A stretch of 64,000 nt of DNA. Source: Octopus vulgaris. Taxonomy: Eukaryota. Each line of letters starts with the position of its first letter. The stretch's first letter is position 1. Shown in pieces: positions 26,721 to 41,181 of this stretch. The DNA lies in contig OX597832.1 in assembly GCA_951406725.2 (NCBI GenBank), positions 39,432,001 to 39,496,000 on the forward strand, given 5' to 3'. Made by a program: the position numbers and the translations under genes. Below the pieces are notes generated by a model. It made no database searches and was not told where the DNA came from. It saw only the letters and a program-made list of their open reading frames with translations.

Positions 26721-27749
26721 GAATGAAACTGTATCAGCCCTGGAAGACTGAAAAGCAAAGTAGATTTTTAATGGGATACAACTCAGAATTTACTAAATAC
26801 AAACGTTCAACTGCAAACGCGGATAAATATGTAGGCAAATAATAGTATATTCAGACAAAATTTTTTTTTTTTTTAAATGTAGAGAATTAACAAAAAATAC
26901 ATTCAAAACCAGACATAAACTTCATATATACTTGTTCCAAAATATATACAGAACAACACAATGTCATAATCAATGCACATTTGAGCCCGAGGGACAAGTA
27001 TTAAAACTGCACAGTGGGTCATAATAGATAGTGCAACCCGTGATGCAAATAGTTTTGAGATGAATTCTACAAAAATGAAGAAAACAGAACTACTCTTGTA
27101 AGAGTCATTATTTTAACAAATTATTATATATAACTCTGTGTGTATATGTGTGTGTGTGCGTGTGAGCGTGATAGTGCCTGCTGTTGTGTCTGTGTGTGTG
27201 CGTGCGTACGTGCATGTGTATGTATGTATGTGGGCGTTTGAAGGAAAGACGAACAGATTTCTCTATAGGTTTCCATTAGCTGTCATGGTGAAGCTTAATA
27301 ACCCTCCATACTTCTAGTTTTTATGGTCACGCGTTTATTCAGACGAATGATGGTCCAAAATGAAAAAAAGAAATTGTAATAATAAAACGAAATTGAAGAG
27401 ACAGAAAATATAGAGATGAAAGAAGCGATGTCAAATCCGTTGAAGTATGACATTACTCTATTCTTTTTCCAGCCCAAAACCTCAATAAGTGTCTGTCTAT
27501 ATAATTACGAATATGTACGTCTAGAATATAGTGCTTCTCCAAATTTAGCTTCAGGATGCAAAAGAAAATAAGAAATTTAAAAGGAAAAATGTTTTTTAAA
27601 AATGTAATCAAGCTTAGAACGGTTACAGCAATAGCATTTTAATGACGGCTGCTTACGTTCCATGATTGCGTTGTTATTTTTGGTATTAGTGGTAGTAGTG
27701 GCAGTGTTGGTAGTGGCTGTGGTTGTGATGGTTGTGGCTTTTATACTGG

Positions 27750-27932
27750 TATCAAATTTTAGCACAAGGCCAGCAATTTCGACTCCAGTAGTCAGCTGTT
27801 ATTTTAACGACCGTGAAGGGACGAAAGGCAAAAATCTACCTCGGTGGAATTCAAACTCTGAGCATAAAGACGGACGAAATTCCGTTAAGCATCTTGTCCG
27901 GCGTGTTGAAGATTCTGCCGGCAGGCTGCCTT
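27750..27932 (-). mobile_element. SINE family B, diverged
   Basis: GCACAAGGCCAGC...CCTCGGTGGAATTCAAACTC...GATTCTGCCGGCAGGCTGCC. Confidence 0.6.
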
Positions 27933-28279
27933 CCGTTGTGTCATTTGTATCAGACTGAAACATGACAGATGTCCTTCATTGTCGATGGGACCGTTTCTAT
28001 TCTATAATTTACAGTCAATAGGTAACTAGTACATTCCTGTTTCTGTCACAGCCACTTGAGAGAGAAACAATGATGCTGACGTACTCGATCGATGATTACA
28101 GTTGCGGTTTTGCCAACTTCTGCAAAGCACAGCAGGGAGACGTCCTCTCCGCTCAATCATCCAGCTCAGTCATCTTGGGGAATCATCAATACAAGCATAC
28201 ACTCATATATATATAACTGTGTGTGTGTCTGTCTGAGCTTGTGTGCATGCACGCGTATGTGTGTATATGTGAATGAGTT

Positions 28280-28313
<34 letters not shown>

Positions 28314-28454
28314 TGTATGTATGTACGTACGTACGTATGTATGTATGTATGTATGTATGTATGTATGTATGTACGTATGTATGTATGTACGTATGTATGT
28401 ATGTATGTATGTATGTATGTATGTATGTATGTATGTATGTATGTATGTATGTAT

Positions 28455-28833
28455 GTGGAGGTGCAATAGCCCAGTGGTTAGGGCAGCGGACTCGAGGGAG
28501 TAGGATCGCGGTTTCGATTACCAGATCGGGTGATGTGAGTGTTTATCGAACGAAAACACCCTAAGCTCCACGAGGCTCCGGCAGGGGATGGTGGTGATCC
28601 CTGCTGTACTCTTTCACCACAACTTTCTTTCTCTCACTCCTGTTTCCGTTGTACCCGTATTTCAAAGGGCCAGCCTTGTCACTCTCTGTGTCACGCTGAA
28701 TCTCCCCGAGAACTACGTTAAGGGTGCACGTGTCTGTGGAGTGCTCAGCCACTTACACGTTAATTTCACGAGCAAGCTGTTCCGTTGATCGGATCAACTG
28801 GAACCCTCGTCGTCGTAACCGACGGAGTGCCAC
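28455..28833 (+). mobile_element. SINE family C (tRNA head)
   Basis: GGAGGTGCAATAGCCCAGTGGTTAGG...GGTTTCGATTACC head. About 380 bp, highly similar to the reverse copy at 53003-53373. Confidence 0.85.
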
Positions 28834-29100
28834 GATGTATGAATGTGGTGGTTGTGGTGGCGGCGATAGTGGCTGTAGTAGTTATTGTGATAGTAGTGAA
28901 TACTGTTGCTCTTTTCAAGAAACATCCGTTTTCGACAGATTTCTTTTGTTATAATAATTTGAACGCAAAGTGAGACAAGGCTTCATTTCATACTATACAT
29001 ATATGTATATGTGTATGCACACATCAATACACACATGATACATTCACATACAATCTAAACATACATATATACACATACATATGTATGCATATATATACAT

Positions 29101-29170
<70 letters not shown>

Positions 29171-30006
29171 TGTGCGTGCATATATATATATACATATATG
29201 TGCGTGCATATATGTATATACATAATATATATATATACATACTTATATATGTATGTATATACTCACATACATTACGCACATATATACAGACAGATAGATG
29301 GGTACATAAATAGATTGAAAGATAAAAACACATTAGCATATATATATATATATATATAAAACATATATGTATACATACACACATACACGCGCGCACACAC
29401 ACTGTAGATCGATATCGATATAACTGATACCCTCGAGTAAAATTATTTCTTCGCTTCCTTCCCCTTATAAATACCATTTTTCTCAACGACAATTCTCTGT
29501 ATAATTCGCCACAACAAAATACGCCACCATAATATATCCTATATTTGCTAAAACATGGTAATAACAAAAACACTGGCAACTGTCCAGTCAGATTTTGTTA
29601 AAGGCCAATACGATATTTTCTGTCATAAATAGGAATAAAGGAAATGGTATTTGGTTTGCTTTCGGCCTTTTTGTTTTTGCTTTCTCTCTTTCTTTCTTTT
29701 CCTTGTCCGTTGACGAATACATAGCGTACACATACATTCTGTGGAGTATTTGTGAATTTAATCATAATCACGGATATCCTACTATCATTCTTATTGTTAC
29801 ACTAACCATTTAGTGTGGCATTAGTTGGCTATATCGGTTGTTGTGCGAGAAAACGAACCGAGAGTTAACAGGTTCGTATTAACCTGATGCTGCGTAATGA
29901 GATCTAATAACTTACAGGTGCGTGACATCTCTAATGAGGACGCCTCTGTGTGCTCACCAGACCTGCTAAAAGCAGCAATCAACCGCCCTTTATTTCATAT
30001 CCTACA

Positions 30007-30174
30007 GTAGGAGTGGCTGTGTGGTAGGTAGCTTGCTTACCAACCACATGGTTCCGGGATCAATCCCACTGCGTGGCACCTTGGGCAAGTGTCTTCTACT
30101 ATAGCCTTGGACCGACCAAAGCCTTGTGAGTGAATTTGGTAGACGGAAACTGAAAGAAGCCCGTCGTATATATG

Positions 30175-30209
<35 letters not shown>

Positions 30210-30412
30210 ATGTGTGTGTGTCTGTGTTTGTCCCCCCAACATCGCTTGACAACCGATGCTGGTGTGTTCACGTCCCCGCAACTTGGCGGTTCGGCAAAAG
30301 AGACCGATAGAATAAGTACTGGGTTTGCAAAGAATAAGTCCTGGGGTCGATTTGCTCGACTAAAGGCGGTGCTCCAGCATGGCCACAGTCACATGACTGA
30401 AACAAGTAAAAG
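30007..30412 (+). mobile_element. SINE family A, full length
   Basis: Matches family A head, internal (TA)(TG) run and tail. Confidence 0.9.
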
Positions 30413-32454
30413 TGTACAGTGTTAAAAAAGGACACATTGGACAGTATAGTTCAATATTTGCCCCGCATAAGAAAAATGTGCAGTGGTCAAAGCTGGAACG
30501 GCTTTGATCATAGGTTAGTTCGATCAAGGCTGACCTAAGACTAAACATTAACAATGAAAGATAATGTCAAAAGAACAACATTTGTCCAGGTCTAAGGCCA
30601 TTTCATCCACTTTTGTGGAAATTCAATAAAGTTTCTCAGACAGTTAGAAATAACAGTCAAATCTCCCTCATATCACACTTTCCTGTTTTAAAAAGAAAAC
30701 ATTGATTAATGTAATCCTAGATAAATTGTCCTTGAAATAAAGATGGTTAGAACGCCTTTGATTATAGGTTTGCCTTATTAGCGCTGGCTTACGTGTAAAC
30801 AAAAGCAATAATAGGCGAACAGAAATAGACTGGACAAGAGAGAGACTTCGGCATATTCAGGTTGTCACTCAGCATCCCTTGTGATTCATTGTTAAATATT
30901 AATTTGCAGCATCTGCGGAAGAACTGAAATAAACTGGACAGTGGAGCGACTACATCAAATCCAATCTTGTCATCCAACACACTGCAAGTTATTACTAAAT
31001 GTCAATATATTCAATATCTACGGAAGTACAGAAATAGGACAGTAGAGAGATGACTGTTTGTCCATACTTTCATACTGCAACCCATAAGATCCGTTACTGG
31101 ATGCCGCAATATGCGAGATATGGTTGTCTTGCTAGTGGGGTAAAATGGTATAGCTAAAACAACACATGTGTGGATGGCGACTAACTATGAACTCGTTTGG
31201 TTAATAGTGTACCAGAAAGCGCTTGGTCAGAGCGGGACTGGAGCTAAACAACAATAAAAGAGTTGTAGTGACCACATTAAGAAAAGACACGGATTACTGG
31301 CGACAACTCGTTCACCAACACTCTCCAAACTCTGATCCTTGTTGCACGCTGCTTCTTCCCTTCTGTCGCTGCCAGAACAGACTTTGCTCATTGGAAGCAA
31401 TTTATTATTTTCCTGGTCTGATTCCAATACATTTGGTGTTATTACTACAGCGCCTGTCCTTACATTACTAATTCCTTTCTGCATTGCATCAGGGTTGTGC
31501 AATTTTCTTTCGCACAAACAACAAATGTGGGACTCGATTTCGATTTCTAACCGTAACTATTCCCATTCACTTATAGTCTAATACCATTTTATATATATCT
31601 GATTTTCTGCGGAGAGACTTTTGGATACCCTGTATTTGTATTAGAGTGATACATGATAGATGTCCTTCTTTATCGATGGGACCGTTTCTATTCTGTCAGA
31701 GGGTAACCATTTCTGCTTGTGTCTCAGCCAGTTGAGTAGTAAACAATAATGCTAACGTACTCGGTCAATGATTACAGGTGTGAATTTGCCAACTTTTGTA
31801 AAACAGCAGCGAGGAGTCAGTGAAGGAAGCCCTCTCTGTTCAGTCATCGAGAGAGAACCTTAGCAAAATCATTAATACAAGCATACGCTTACATATATAT
31901 ATATATATTTGTGTGTGTGCAGCGCAGGTGCTTGTGTGCGGGAATGTGTATGCATGTATGTATGTATGCATGTATGTATGTATGTAGGTAGGTAGGTAGG
32001 TAGGTAGGTAGGTAAGCGCGAAAGTGCAGTGCGGCTACATGGTGAAGAGCTTTACTCCGTAACCATAAGGTAACGGTTTCGAACTGTAGCACGGTATCTT
32101 GGGTAAACGGAAATTTTACGGGAGTCCGTCGGGTACTGTGTCATACATAAACACGAGCACGCGTGTGCATACACACAAAGTGTTATACTGATTTTTCCTG
32201 AGAATTATGAGAAAAGGACTCGCTTTTCTGGAATGGTCAGCTACTTACACGTTAATTTAGAAACATGTTATTTGCTTCATTGAACAACTGAATCCTCATC
32301 GACAAACAACGAAGATTCCCTCACCATCCCCATACGTACATAACGTACATACATATATAAATGTGTGTGTGTATTTATATATATACATATATATATTGAT
32401 ATGTATAAATATATATATATACATATACATATATATATATATTGATATGTATAA

Positions 32455-32485
<31 letters not shown>

Positions 32486-32543
32486 CATACATATATGCAT
32501 ATATACAAACATGTATATACACGTATATATACTGTATATATGT

Positions 32544-32605
<62 letters not shown>

Positions 32606-33469
32606 ATATGTTCCTACATATGTACATACATCTATAAAACCAACCAAATCTCTTTTAAATCACACCCTATCATCTTAGATATGAAGGACACATTGGATAT
32701 AATCCTAAAATGCTTTGGGTCTATCAAAAAAATCGGCTTGGCCTCTGATTTGACTGAATTCGATCCCAGATCCATTCAGTTAGAGCTGACCTAGTGTTAA
32801 GTAACCTCAACAACACAGACGTCAGACCTCAATAGCAAGATCATATGATTACATCTGACCATTGATTATTATGACGAACACAAGTCATTCAGCAAATGAA
32901 ACATTAAAAACACAGTAATGAAGTAATAAAATTCCGGCAGAGATGAGCAAATTAGACCTCGATGGGAAGATAATGAGATTAATGCGCCTAATGAGGTTTT
33001 ATAATAACAAAACTATTAACCTCATTTTAATTATGAGAGATTTTTCACCCGTTATATTAGTCTCAAACAGCTATTATTATTAATCTTTATCAAGATATTT
33101 TTCTTCCTACATGTATACATATTACCAAACCGAATTTGAACTAGAAAAGTTCGTTTTCATCCAATAAACCATTTTTGTTCCGTACACCATTAACGTATGC
33201 ATATTTTTAGAGCTAAAGTCCCTGGTTCAAATCCAGGCTGGTGATATATAAACATTGAGCAATAAAACACCTTATGACAGTCGAAGGTCGAACTAACTTT
33301 ATTGTTATATATATGTGTGGATTGAAAGATTTCGTGTCCTTAATGATAAAACTGTTAGCCTCAAGAAGTAACATCTTGTATATTACACATTAATTAGAAT
33401 CTTATTAATTATAACACTAGGCAACAGCAAGAAATTATTGTCTACTACCCAGACAATATATGTGTATAT

Positions 33470-33916
33470 ATATATACACATGGAAAATCCTAAAAGGGCT
33501 AATACCTAACTTCGGCATATGCTAGAACTGGATGACATTATAATGTACCAGAGGTACTATCCACCCCATTTAAATTCGGGATCAGGTACAGCAATAGTCT
33601 AGGGTTCAAAGGCCCACAGCTCTTCAATGCCCTGCCACAAAAAGCTTTTTAAAAATTAAGGAATCTGCATGAGGTTGAAGTAAAAAGGAACTAAACATCC
33701 TCCTTTCCACGATACCGGATGAACCAACAGCCCGGCATGAAGTGCAGACGAGGGCTGCAGAATCAAACTCCTTTATAAACCAGATGGGCCAATAGCTGGG
33801 ACACAGGCACATACAAGAGTGGTGATGTGAAACACCTCAGACTGAGGAAGTCTGAAAAACCATGGGGGTGCTCTAGCATGACCTCAGCCACATGGTTGAA
33901 ACGAGTAAAAGAGTAA
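33470..33916 (+). mobile_element. CR1/L2-group LINE 3' fragment
   Basis: Translation gives IYTWKILKGLIPNFGI...RYSNSLGFKGPQLFNALP...LRNLH...IPDEPT...RAAESNS, a typical CR1-group ORF2 C-terminus. It ends in the tail GGTGCTCTAGCATGACC...GAAACGAGTAAAAGAGTAAA. Confidence 0.7.
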
Positions 33917-33953
33917 ATATATAAATAATTTTATATAGATATATATATATATA

Positions 33954-34187
33954 TAAAGATAGTTTACCAACATAACATGGCAGTCCTGGTTTATGACAAA
34001 TGTTGCTGTAGTTTAGCCCCAGGAGACATCGTCTCCAGCTGGCTATACGACACGATCTGTCTCTTTATATGTCCGAACAAGGGAATCTAGCACCCCCACT
34101 CAGCTCAAACCAATATCTGTGTATCGCGATTTCCGGGATATTTGTCCTAAGCCAGGACTGCCATGTTATGTTGGCAAACAATCTTTA
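33954..34187. mobile_element. Foldback/MITE-like element in (TA)n context
   Basis: 48-bp inverted repeat 33954-34001/34140-34187 with about 4 mismatches; (TA)n tracts nearby on both sides. Confidence 0.7.
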
Positions 34188-34226
34188 CTACGAAGTACTG
34201 TTGTGAGATTCGAAAATAGTAATCTA

Positions 34227-34263
<37 letters not shown>

Positions 34264-34559
34264 ATACATATATTTAATTATATATCTATATATATGTATA
34301 TAATTTTATATATAGACATATACATATAATTTTATATTTATATATATATATATATATATATATGATTTTATATATATATACATATAATTATATATACATA
34401 TAATTATATATATATATATATATATATATAAACATATATACATACATACATACATATATAATTCTATAGATGTGTATATATAATTTCATATTTATGTATA
34501 TATATATATAATGTATATATGTATATATATAATTATGTATATATATATGTGCGTGTGTG

Positions 34560-34617
<58 letters not shown>

Positions 34618-34619
34618 TG

Positions 34620-34718
<99 letters not shown>

Positions 34719-35446
34719 TTGAGAGTTTCGATAGAAGCCCAACAGGCTGGAATATTGCGGTTCGAAGATTTTAAACAATATGGCTATAAACCCTGGAGCG
34801 AGAATCACCACATAGAAATAAAATGTTCGCCATAAATCACTGACAACCCTGTTCTATGTTAGAGAATGGATATTTCTGTTGACAGCCAATCTATTTATTG
34901 ACTTAAATCGTACAATGGCTTCCTTGTCGGTTTTTTTTCATTCTATCTGTTTTATTTACTTTATATCCTACACCATTCAAGCAGTCGAATTGGTCAGGAT
35001 GTTGTTAGATGGCCAACTTATAACGATTTGTTACAATGGTATATGTCCTGTGTTCAAATCTCTCCAAGGGTTATTGATTTTTCTTCTTTCTTAACCCTCC
35101 ATCAAGTCGACAAAAACTGTCCATAACTTTCTACCACAATAGCATCTAATCATTTTTTATGCTCCATAAAGTATCGTAGTCACAGAAATGCTATCATATA
35201 TATGTCCCATTACGCTCTGAGTTCAAATCTGACAAAGGTTGACCTTTTCATCTTCCAGTGATCGATATAATACATTCTGGATCAAACTCGATCTCTTACA
35301 ATTCCCTACAAAAGTATGAGCTTTTTGCCAATTACGTTAAATATCAACATCTTTCTAGGCAGTGTTCATGGGCATCTTAAAACGAGCGATATTCGAAACA
35401 AATTTCCTTCCTTTACAAAACAAAAATCGCTCAAAAATTATTGACA

Positions 35447-35860
35447 GGCGTAGGAGTGGCTGTGTGGTAAGTTGCTTGCTTACGATTCACATGGTTCCGG
35501 GTTCAGTCCCACTGCGTGGCACCTTGGGCAAGTGCCTTCTACTAGAGCCTCGGGCCGATCAAAGCCTTGCGAGTGGATTTGGTAGACGGAAACTGAAAGA
35601 AGCCCGTCGTACATATATATATATGTGTGTGTATAATTTTGTGTGTCTGTGTTTGTCCCCCCAACATCGCTTGACAACCGATGCTGATGTGTTTACGTCC
35701 CCGTAACTTAGCGGTTCGCTAAAAGGAGCCCGATAGAATAAGTACTAGGCTTACAATGAATAAGTCCTGGGGTCGATTTGCTCGACTAAAGGCGGTGCTC
35801 CAGCATGGCCACAGTCACATGACTGAAACAAGTAAAAGAGTAAAAGAGAGAGTAAAGAGT
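35447..35860 (+). mobile_element. SINE family A, full length
   Basis: GGCGTAGGAGTGGCTGTGTGG head to GTAAAAGAGTAAAAGAG tail. Confidence 0.9.
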
Positions 35861-36809
35861 CCAGTTTCATTTCCAGTTGAATATCAGATCTTTGTATCAA
35901 AATAAACAAAAATTGTTATTTCTCTATAATTAACACTTTTGCATTCAGATTACTCAGTTAAAGTGTGTTATTAAACGCGAGCGAAGGCTAAGCGGAATTG
36001 TTCCCAGTTTTACGAGCTAAGCTCAAAAGCCGCCGAGGTAGAATTAGCCTCGCTTTGTTTTCGAGACCAATAAAAATACATAACACTTAATCGCTGGGAT
36101 TGATATAATCGACTGACCTCTCCCTTAAAAACTGCTGGCCTCATGCCAAAATTTGAAGGAAATATTAACACATAGGTGAGCATGATGTGGGCGAGGCCTT
36201 GCTACTGCAGAAGATGTGTAACTATTCGAGTAGCGGTGGATGTGTAAGGAACAGCAGTTATTTGGAAGTTTGGGAAAAGTGGAACAGACTGTTGACCTTT
36301 CTTGCGATTGTGTTTCGTTAAATTAATTTATACAGTTGCACATTTCGTGGTATTTCAAATGTTTTGGTAAATTTTATGAATTTCTTTCGTGTTTACCGAT
36401 TTTTTGGTGTTCTTATCGTTGTTGTTGTTGTTATTTGTAGGCTTATGCAGAATATTCGATCGATCTTGATATATTTATGCAAAAACTATAATTTTCTTCA
36501 CGTGTTATATTAGTTTTCCACCAGTAAATATATCTGTGTGCAGCTGTATCTGTTTGTGTATTGAAAAAATTTATATTTAATTTATATATATATATATATA
36601 TATATAAACACTATGCATACACGTATATACATATAAATATACAAACATATACAATATATATATATATATATATATATAAAGATATATATATATATACATA
36701 TATACATATATACATACATACATACATACATACATACATACAGATGTATGTGCGTGTATATGCCTCTGTGAGCATACGTGTGAGTGTGTGTTGTCTGAGA
36801 AAGAGAGAG

Positions 36810-36857
<48 letters not shown>

Positions 36858-37290
36858 TACGTATGTCTCTCCAACACTGAAATTATTGAGAAATCTTTAC
36901 TCCATCCCGAAATACTTTTCGCAAGAATTGCAATTTTCCTAACTTGCTTCAGCAATATTCATATTACACCCCCACCACCCCACACTCAGTAGACACAGGC
37001 ACTAGACACACGCACAGTCCGAATACACATCATACACGCATATATCTGTGGATGTGTGTGTGTGAATTTAATTAACATTCACTCAGCATTTGTCTTCGAC
37101 TGTAATAATTGTAGACGTTACGACTATGCAAATGTGCAATTTCTGAAGCCTGTAGTTATATGTGTACCTTATCTGTGTGTTTATATGTGTGTATATATAT
37201 TTCTGTTGCGTGTATATGTCGGTATGTGTGTGTGTGTGCGCATGCTTTGCACATATTATCTGTATTGTGGCTTTGTGCGTATACCTCACC

Positions 37291-37350
<60 letters not shown>

Positions 37351-37694
37351 TTATGTATATATATGTACATATATGTGTATATATATACGTTTGTCTATAT
37401 GTGTGTATATATGGATATATATACATACATATATACATATACAGATACATATATAGTCATATATATACATATACATATATATATGTATATACATATACAT
37501 ATATATGTATGTATATACATATATATATACATACACATATATATGTATATACACATAATACACATACATATATGTGTATATACATATACATATATACATA
37601 TATAAATGATATATATATATATATGTATATATATCTATATATATATGTGTATACATATATATATGTATATATATATGTATATATATGTGTGTGT

Positions 37695-37736
<42 letters not shown>

Positions 37737-37987
37737 ATATATACACAGAATGAGTTGACAGGTTACATGGCTCTGTATGTATAATTATTTGAATATTTTT
37801 CGTTCTTTTGCATATTTGTATATATAATTGAGCACACATGCACGCGATTCCTTAGTTACATATTTTATATCCTTACAAAACACATACACACATATATATA
37901 TATGCGTATGTGTATGCATGTGCGTGTGCGTGCATATATGCATGTAGTTACAAGTGGAGTGGCTGTGTATGTATAGAAATGTGTATA

Positions 37988-38023
<36 letters not shown>

Positions 38024-38205
38024 ATGTATGTATGTCTACGTGACTGTGTATCTGTTGATTGTTGTGAGTGTGTGCATGTGTTTATATACACATATGTGTG
38101 TGAGTGTGCGTCAGTGTGTCGGTGGAAGGGTGGTATTGTATGCACACTTATAGAGAGACATTTATATATGTACACACACGAATAGTATATGTGTGCATAG
38201 ATATG

Positions 38206-38243
<38 letters not shown>

Positions 38244-39003
38244 CGTGTGTGTATGTGTGTATTTACATGTGTGTATATATATATATATCTGTGTGTGTCT
38301 GCGTAAGTGTTTGTGTGTGACTGTATGTGTACGTGGTCGTGTATGTATTTGCGTGCGTGTGTGTGTGTGTGTGTATGTGAGTGCGAGTACACGTACGTTC
38401 GTACGTCTTGGCATATTGAATATATTATTTAAATCATCTGCAATTTTGGCATGCATTAATTCCGTTGCAATCTGCAAACATTGGCCGGAAGAACTTGGTA
38501 AATAATCAACGGCAAAAAATGTCAGAAACAATTAAGAATGACGATTCTACCAATAGACTTTCTCATTTAATAACGAATATTGAAGTCTCTATATGTCAAG
38601 AAAACATAAATGGCGCCGGAAACGCAACTTCTTTGCTTCGTCATATCAGATTTATTGAAGCAACACGTGATAAATCTTCTGGCACACAGCTACAAGAATC
38701 TACCATGAAGATTATTCCTACAAGACATTTCCTTCAACTCGGTTATTTAAATACATTTCTCATCGTTATTATTATATCATATTTCTTTTTAATCCGGCGG
38801 TAAGCTCTCTCTCTCGAGTGAAAGCGTGTGATCAAGTGGTTAGGGTGTTACATACAAGTTTGTGACTTGGATTCCCGGATTTGGACTCGAGGACTCGAGA
38901 CAGTAATGACAAGGGTTGACACGTTCTCGAAAAACCGAAATCGTTATTTTTATTTACATTTGACTGAAAGGTATGATATTGTAGAGAAACCAATGAACCC
39001 CAC

Positions 39004-39890
39004 AATAAAGAAATAGGTATTTCGTCTGCCGCTACGTTCTGAGTTCAAATTCCGCCGAGGTCGACTTTGCCTTTCATCCTTTCGGGGTCGATTAAATAAG
39101 TACCAGTTACGCACTGGGGTCGATATAATCGACTTAATCCGTTTGTCTGTCCTTGTTTGTCCTCTCTGTGTTTAGCCCCTTTTTGCAATATCAGAAACCT
39201 TAAAGGCGGCAAGGCGGCGAGCTGGCAGAAACGTTAGCACGCCAGGCGAAATGCTTTGTGGTATTTCGTCCGACGCTGCGTTCTAAGTTCAAATTCCGCC
39301 GAGGTCGACTTTACATTTCGTCGATAAATTAAGTACCAGTTACGCACTGGGGTCGATGTAATCGACTTAATCCGTTTGTCTGTCCTTGTTTGTCCTCTCT
39401 GTGTTTAGCCCCTTTTTACACTATAAGAAGCCTTAAAGGCGGCAAGGCGGCGAGCTGGCAGAAACGTTAGCACGACAGGCGAAATGCTTAGTGGTATTTC
39501 GTCCGACGCTGCGTTCTGAGTTCAAATTCCGCCGAGGTCGATTTTGCCTTTCGTCGATAAATTAAGTACCTGTTACGCACTGGGGTCGATGTAATCGAGT
39601 TAATCCGTTTGTCTGTCCTTGTTTGTCCCCTCTCTGTTTAGCCCCTTATGGGCAATAAAGAAATAAGAAGCCTTAAAGGCGGCAAGCTGGCAGAATCGTT
39701 AGCACGTTGGGTAAAATGCTTAGCAGCATTTCGTCTGACTTTTGTTCTGCGTTCAAATGCCGCCAAAGTCGACTTTGCCTTCCGTCCTTTCGGAATCGAT
39801 AAAATGGGTATCAGTTGAGTCCTGGAGTCGATATAATTGACTCATTCCTTCCCCCGCAATTGCTGGTCTTGTGCCAAAATTTGAAATCAA
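39004..39890 (+). mobile_element. Tandem array of four SINE family B units (~230 bp period)
   Basis: Repeated GGCGGCGAGCTGGCAGAAACGTTAGCACG...GTTCAAATTCCGCCGAGGTCGA...GTTTAGCCCCT, joined by CCTTAAAGGCGGCAAG spacers. Confidence 0.9.
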
Positions 39891-39982
39891 CATTTGAAGC
39901 CTTGCGTGTATTTAAGAAAACACATCATAGTCAAACATGTACTTTCAATGGGTGATTAAAAATATTCTTTTCTTTTCTACTC

Positions 39983-40184
39983 AAGGCATAAGGCCCGAAA
40001 TTTGGGGGGAGGGGCCAGTCGATTAGATCGACCCCAGTGTGTAACTGGTACTTATTTAATCGACTCCGAAAGGATGAAAAGCAAAGTCGACCTCGGTGGA
40101 ATTTGAACACAGAACATAGCGGCAGACGAAATACGGCTAAGCATTTCGCCCGGCGTGCTAACGTTTCTGCCAGCTCGCCACCTT
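39983..40184 (-). mobile_element. SINE family B, inverted relative to the adjacent array
   Basis: Reverse complement of B ending GCTAACGTTTCTGCCAGCTCGCCACC. Confidence 0.85.
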
Positions 40185-41149
40185 CAGAGATCCGATATAT
40201 TAACTCACTTGTATCATAGGTTTTGCAGGGTGGGTTTCATGTACAAATGAAATAGTTATTTTTGTTATTGTTTTTATTATTTTCATGACGCTCGCGGCGT
40301 ATTTGAAACTAGGGAGATTGTGGTTCGATTTCAGTAACTGCAAGTTAGAGACTGCAGGATAAACGAAGCCGAGAAGGAATACGTTGATTTCATTAGATTG
40401 TGGCCCAAAAAATTTTCCGATGGAATCAGCTATGGTAAAAACTGGTCATAGTGAACTGGTCAAACAATGAAAGATGGTGATGCTGGAGGTTGGATGGTGT
40501 CAGTGATGGATAGGCTTTAGGCTAAGCATAGAAGTGAGTCTGAAATCAAAATCGATGTCAGTCAGCAGTGTTGTTATTCGTGCTGGTGGTGGTGGTGGTG
40601 AGGGTGGTGGTGTAGGTGGTGGTGGTGGCGGTGAGGGTGGTGGTGGTGGTGGTGGTGGTAGTGGTGGTGGTGGTCCTGGTGGTGGTCTAATTGTAATGGG
40701 GAAAAAGTTTCTGTATAAAGAGAGGAACAGCAGCGTCCAAGCAGAATCTCAAAGACTAGTAAAGGAAAGGGAAGAATTTGCCCGCAGACCTAAGACTTGG
40801 TCGGAATGTTTCCAACAGAGTGAACTCCGCTAAATGCAATGCAGGGAAAAGGCGATGGCGTTAAACATGGCGATGAATTGAGACTATCACACACACAAGA
40901 AAAGAAAAACAGAAAAAAATGGAAGGCAAGAAAATCAAGAATTTGAACTCTTCAAATGTTTCACTCATTTCAACGGAGTCCGTGCTTCGCTGGCGAAAGT
41001 CTATTAACTTTGAAATACATTTTACTTTTAAAATGAAATATTCTAAACTTTCTTTCCAACTCTAATCCCCTTTCTCAATCTCCTTCTTTCTCTACTTTAT
41101 CTCCCTCTCTTGCCTTATCTTTCTTCTTACCTTCATCCCCACTTGTTTT

Positions 41150-41181
<32 letters not shown>

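Noticed and set aside
28455-28530. tRNA genes at SINE heads (also 25294, 46772, 53300)
   Set aside because: A/B boxes are present but no proper cloverleaf; they continue into SINE bodies.
30800-31320. Possible RTE-like LINE 3' fragment on the + strand
   Set aside because: Only faint motif resemblance (e.g. DYWRQLV); too weak to call without a search.
40534-40833. Gly-rich 99-aa ORF
   Set aside because: Driven by a (GGT)n repeat, starts at GTG, and no homology was recognised.
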